A stretch of 64,000 bases of DNA, taken from Antechinus flavipes (taxonomy: Eukaryota). The stretch spans positions 255,502,001 through 255,566,000 of the forward strand of contig NC_067403.1 of the NCBI RefSeq assembly GCF_016432865.1. Reading direction: 5' to 3'. The notes under the pieces are model-generated. The model worked only from the letters and a program-made list of their open reading frames with translations, did no database searches and was not told the origin of the DNA. Below are positions 56,701 through 64,000 of the stretch, piece after piece (position 1 is the first letter of the stretch; each line of letters begins with the position of its first letter). Position numbers and translations under genes: made by a program.

Positions 56701-58873
56701 ATCAGGGTCTAGCTCAACAAGCCTGCTTCAGCTGACGCTTGTCTCTCGGGGCCCCGTCCCCAACTCCCCTTTCTGTTCCACATACGACACCCGTTTGACA
56801 GAAAGCACCTGCCGTGTCCCGGCTCCTGCCCTGTCTGGCTGGGGGCACAAAGCGGTGACAAAAACAAAGGTTCACATGATGTGCTAGTGACGTCACGCGG
56901 AGGCTGTTCTACCCAGACCGGGGGCATTTGTGAATGGAGGCTCCCCAAAGAATGCTGGGGAGACGGGTGCGAGTGAGGAAAGGTCAGGGGGCAGAAGTCA
57001 CGTAACGGGAGGCACTCGCCCCGGAGCCCAGCCTCACCTCCGCAGACGGGGACACCTTCCTCTTGGTCGCAGACCGGCCGCCCTGGGAAGCAGGACTCTG
57101 TGACTGAGAAACGACAAAGGCGGAGGGGGGCTGGGGGCTGGCCGCGGCTGTGAGGAGGGGAGGGGAGAGATGGGGACTGCGGCGCAATCTCCCCCATGGA
57201 GACGACCCTCGGGCCAGACAACGGAAGCCCAGGAGAGGAGCAGCGTGTCCCCGCCTACGCCTCTGGGAGTCCTCCAGCACCTGCAACTTAACTTAGGAAA
57301 GTCTCCTCAGTCTAAACGACAGCCGGACTCGCAACAGACATTAACCAGACCTGCGTGGCTTTGTCCTCCTCACGGCAGTAAGAGAAAGGCGCCCTCGGCG
57401 GCCCCATCCTCCAGGCGGAGGGACCGGAAGCAAACAAAGAACAAGCGGCTTTCCCAGGGCTGCACAAGGCACGTACGGGGCTCTACTTAAACCCAGGGCT
57501 TTGTGGGGCTGCAACTATTGCCAGGAGGGGAAAAGCGGAGAACAGTGGGGGGAGGGGCTCACCTCCGGGGTCCTGGCCACCAGCTTCTTCACTGAGATGG
57601 CCCTTCTGGCTACAGGCGGGGCGCCCTGAGGGAGAAGATTAACAGAGATTGGTTCTGAGGCTGAGGGAACGAGACAGGGCCACAGGGAAGGAGGCTCACC
57701 TTGGGGGTCCGGGGCACACTCCTCTCTGCGGGAATCTGGGGGCCACTTCTCTTAGCCCGGGAGCCGGGTGCACCCTTCTCGATGGAAGTCCCAGGAGTGC
57801 TCCTTTCTGCCGGGGTCTGGGGTGCACTCCTCTCCGCAGAGGTCTGGGGTGCGCTTCTCTCTGCAGGGGTCCGGGGAGCACTCCTCTTGGCTGGGACCCG
57901 GGACTCACTCCTTTTCGCGGGGATCTGGGGTGGACTCTTCTCTGCAGAGGCCTGGGGTCCAATTCTCTCTGCAGAGGTCTGGGGTGCACTTTTCTCTGCA
58001 GAGGCCTGGGGTGCACTTCTCTCTGCAGGGGTCTGGGGTGCACTTTTCTCCGCAGGGGTCTGGGGTGCACTTCTCTCTGCAGGGGTCCGGGGAGCACTCC
58101 TCTTGGCTGGGACCTGAGACTCACTCCTTTTCGCGGGGATCTGGGGTGCACTTCTCTCCGCAGGGGTCTGGGGTGCACTTCTCCCTACAGGAGTCTGGGG
58201 TGCGCTCCTCTTCGCTGGGATGGACTTCTGGACTCCAGGGGAGGGGGCCTAGTCCGGACAAGGATGAGGAACGGTGTCAGCAGCAGAATGGCAAAGGGGT
58301 TTATGGAGGGAGGCAGTTGAGGGCACAGACCGTGGCTCACCTCAGGGGTCCCGGGCTCCCTCCCCTTCGCGGGGGTCTCTGGTCCACTCTTCACCGCGGG
58401 TGGGCGGGGCCCTATCTTCCTCAGAGAGAAGGCTTTCCAGGGCACAGGCGTTGCAGGCTGGAACAAGAAAGCAGGCAAGGTCAAAGGTCATCCTTAGGGC
58501 AAGGTGGAGATGGGGAAGGGGGGGGGGGGGCCGGGCTCTGCCCAGGACTGGATCCATAGGCTGGAAAAGGGCTCACCTGGGGAGGGGCGTCAGGCTCCGG
58601 TCCCGATTTCCGCTGGGACCTACGCAGGGCAGGAGCCTGCAGGGGCGGGGACGCGGGGTCTGAAGAGGGAATGGGGGGAGGTGATTAATGGGAGGCCAGG
58701 ATGCAGCCGGAACACTCCGCCCCCGCTGCCCCGCCCCCAGCCCCTCGGACCGCGCTCGTTCGCCCCCCACCCCCGTCCCGGGCCCTCCGCTCACCAGAGC
58801 GCCTCGTCCCACCCCCTCCTCGCTCCCCCGCGGCCCCGGAGCGGCTGCGGCTCCGGTTCCGTGTCGCCGACAT
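53759..58873 (-). CDS. CDCA5: Sororin (cell division cycle associated 5), N-terminally expanded to >=470 aa
   Basis: Exons 58795-58873, 58577-58659 (LRRSQRKSG), 58341-58457, 57700-58248 (repeat exon), 57563-57625 (RRAISVKKLVARTPE), possibly 57038-57103 or 57038-57280, 55352-55792 (KEN box EKENSP, DARDLEMSRKVRRSYSRL, FGF motif) and 53759-53839 (KSELDEWAAAMNAQFEAAEKFDLLVE*, sororin domain). Confidence 0.93.
57700..58248 (-). repeat. 27-bp coding minisatellite (18 full 9-aa units) forming a CDCA5 exon
   Basis: Unit agtgcaccccagacccctgcagagaga encodes SAPQTPAER. Flanked by a TAG| acceptor and an AAG|GTGAGC donor; 549 nt, phase 0 to 0, no stop codon. Confidence 0.85.
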
Positions 58874-61901
<3,028 letters not shown>

Positions 61902-62213
61902 GCCCCGTCCCTCCCTTCCTCACCTCTGGTAGGAATCCCACGGAGCGGGGAGGAGACTTGTGGCCACTGTGGGGCAGGGCCTGCTGGCTCCCCGGCCCGC
62001 TCCTTCCCACTCCTGTCTCCTGAGACACTAAAGCCCCACTAATACGAGGGGATGAGGGCTGTTTGGCCGCTGCCACTGAGGTTCTGGGGCTCATTTGGGG
62101 CTGAGTCCTGTCCCCTGACCTGCTTTTCCTCGGGAGTGGCCCCGGGGCACCAGTTCACAGCCACCTTTTCCCCTCCAAACTCCCTCTCCCTCAGGAAGAG
62201 CTGTGGTGTTGAA

Positions 62214-62233
62214 AATAAATGACAGACTTTATT
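62214..62233. terminator. Back-to-back polyadenylation signals of ZFPL1 (+) and TMEM262 (-)
   Basis: AATAAA at 62214-62219 (+) and AATAAA at 62233-62228 (-). Confidence 0.75.
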
Positions 62234-62284
62234 AAAGTTGAGCCAAGGCCTTTCCTTCCCTGGCGCTAGCACCTCACCAGCCTC

Positions 62285-62866
62285 TCAATGCTTCTCCTCC
62301 CGGTAGTTGATGGTGAGGAACTCCAAGGTCAGGCGATTGATGAACATGGCCGTGTTGAGCACTGGGGCAAGAGAGGGCTGGAAGTGGCCCCAGTCCCCCT
62401 CCCCCCGCTCCCCGCACCTCTTTGGGCCCAGGAGTCGTGGGGTCCACTGTTGCCGCCCCCTCCCTCCTCCCCCTGCCCTCGGCCTCCCCGCCTCCCCACT
62501 TTCAGGTTCCCTGTTCTTACTCAGGATGGTCAGGGAAAAACATTTCAGAACCCTATCTTCGATCAGCTCTGCGAAGAGTGACCCCAGGGAGGCCCACCAG
62601 ATGCTCATCACCTGTGAGAACTGGCGCCCCCACGAGCTGTAGGAAGGGTCCCGCCGGCCCCGGCCCCGGCCCCCTGCACCCCCTTCACTCACCAGGAGGA
62701 TGATGGTGCTGCGGAAGCTCATGTAATTGAAGTTGCGGGTGATGCAGAAGTGGTGCACGTCATTGGCAAAGATGCTCACGTGCAGGATCAAGAGCAGCAG
62801 CGCGGCCAGCGTCAGCACCACCCCCTGCGGGAAGAAGAGCACCGAGATCCTGTCACGCCAGCGCAT
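62285..62866 (-). CDS. TMEM262: Transmembrane protein 262 / CatSper channel auxiliary subunit eta, 116 aa
   Basis: Exons 62693-62866, 62521-62620 and 62285-62361 total 351 nt. [64 protein letters not shown]; three hydrophobic segments. Confidence 0.93.
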   Translation of the reverse strand: MRWRDRISVLFFPQGVVLTLAALLLLILHVSIFANDVHHFCITRNFNYMSFRSTIILLVSEGGAGGRGRGRRDPSYSSWGRQFSQVMSIWWASLGSLFAELIEDRVLKCFSLTILSKNREPESGEAGRPRAGGGGRGRQQWTPRLLGPKRCGERGEGDWGHFQPSLAPVLNTAMFINRLTLEFLTINYREEKH

Positions 62867-64000
62867 GGCAGCAGAGCCGGACCACACACCTCACTGGGGG
62901 CAGGCAGTTCTAGAACGCGGGAGGAGGAGGCACAGTGGGCACCAGAATGGCCGGAGGGCTCTAGAACCAAGAGGCAATTGTGGGGAGAGGGCAGCTCCCT
63001 CGCCCACCGCCTTTGGGATCTTGGCCCTGTTGTTGGGAAGTCAGTCACCCAAGGGGGAACGATCCTCTCTGGTTCCTGAAAGAATCCAGAAGGGGGTCTC
63101 AGTTTCCCCCTTTGACTCAACAGACATATTAAGGTTCGGTTCTGTAGGCCCTGAGCTGGAGGTGCAGGACTCGGTTCTCATCTTCTTGGAATTCTAGTCG
63201 GAGAACGGGGAATGTGTTCACATGAACAGCCACGGGCTGGAGAGAGGGGGAGGAGAGCTTCCCCAACGGGCGGGCAGTGGGAATGAGGAGGGGCTTTCGA
63301 AGAAAGAGGAGACCCATGGAGTGGGGCCAGTCTGTGGGGAAGGGGCCTGCGAAGGTAGTGGGAGGGGCTTACAGAGGCAGAGATGCCCCACTTACCCTGG
63401 GCCCCCTTCTCTGACATTTCTCCACCCGACCCATCACTCAGCATGGCCCTACCCGCAGTGGACATTGCATGAGCCGCCCAGCTTTGTGTGTCCATTCCAC
63501 CTCATTTCCCGTCTTCCCCCATCACGCAGCCCTCACATTGGCCACATTTGAGCACTCTTCCCCCTTCTCCACTCAGGGTCGCTGCTTCCAAGGAGCAGGT
63601 GCCGCCGGCCCGAGAAAACTACTTTTGGTTCCTTGTTGAATGGCAGGGTTACCCAGTTAGGAAAGACCCAGTGGCCAGCTGTCCAAGGGAGCCAGAATCA
63701 CATGAGGCCCTAGAGATGGCCGCCAGCCCAGGTGCCTCCTGCGTGATGCTCCTTTGACTCCTCAGAGACGATTATTTTGACCTGAGGATCCCTTTCCCCC
63801 AGCTTTTTCCAGGCCAAAGGTCATTTTAGCATCCTGGCAGGCAGCACATTGACTCCTCCCCCCAGCTTTCCCCCAGGCCCTTTGTGGACTGTTAGAGTCC
63901 TTTGGTCTCCACTGGTGGAGCGGGGGCCAGGAGCCCGGCTAAGCTCTTTGCCAGGGTCCGGGTGAGACCGAGCCAGACTGGTGGCAAAGGTCATCGCGGG

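Noticed and set aside
57696-58178. Track ORFs over the CDCA5 repeat (HPRPLQREV frame and the plus-strand frames)
   Set aside because: Wrong frames. Only the SAPQTPAER frame is bounded by in-phase splice sites joining the flanking sororin exons.
62600-62640. Weak TMEM262 exon-2 acceptor suggesting gene decay
   Set aside because: Using gcgccag| restores the conserved FSQV motif and the exact 116-aa length. An alternative in-frame AG 9 nt downstream also exists, so there is no evidence of loss.

Overview
This is GC-rich vertebrate genomic DNA from an Australian marsupial, probably a dasyurid. The evidence is WSINE1-type SINEs, MAR1/MIR CORE-SINEs and marsupial L1 3' ends. The window is syntenic to human 11q13.1. 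Gene order, from exon-by-exon manual reconstruction with reading-frame checks: MAJIN(-), BATF2(-), ARL2(+), SNX15(+), SAC3D1(+), NAALADL1(-), an unnamed 6-exon coiled-coil gene(-), CDCA5/sororin(-), ZFPL1(+), TMEM262/CATSPERH(-). There is an N gap at 4719-5341. No CRISPR array, rRNA or true tRNA gene is supported. Main observations: (1) an intact 327-aa spliced gene between NAALADL1 and CDCA5 that I cannot name; (2) sororin roughly doubled in length by a 549-nt exon of 27-bp/9-aa repeats rich in T-P sites, an exon missing from the supplied ORF track; (3) nine phased NF-Y CCAAT boxes in a ~41-bp minisatellite at the probable MAJIN promoter; (4) U12-type introns in MAJIN and ARL2; (5) a -1 frameshift in the BATF2 leucine zipper; (6) no recognisable C-terminal membrane anchor in MAJIN. 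Family assignments come from my recall of human/mouse proteins and motif consensus sequences; no database search was run.
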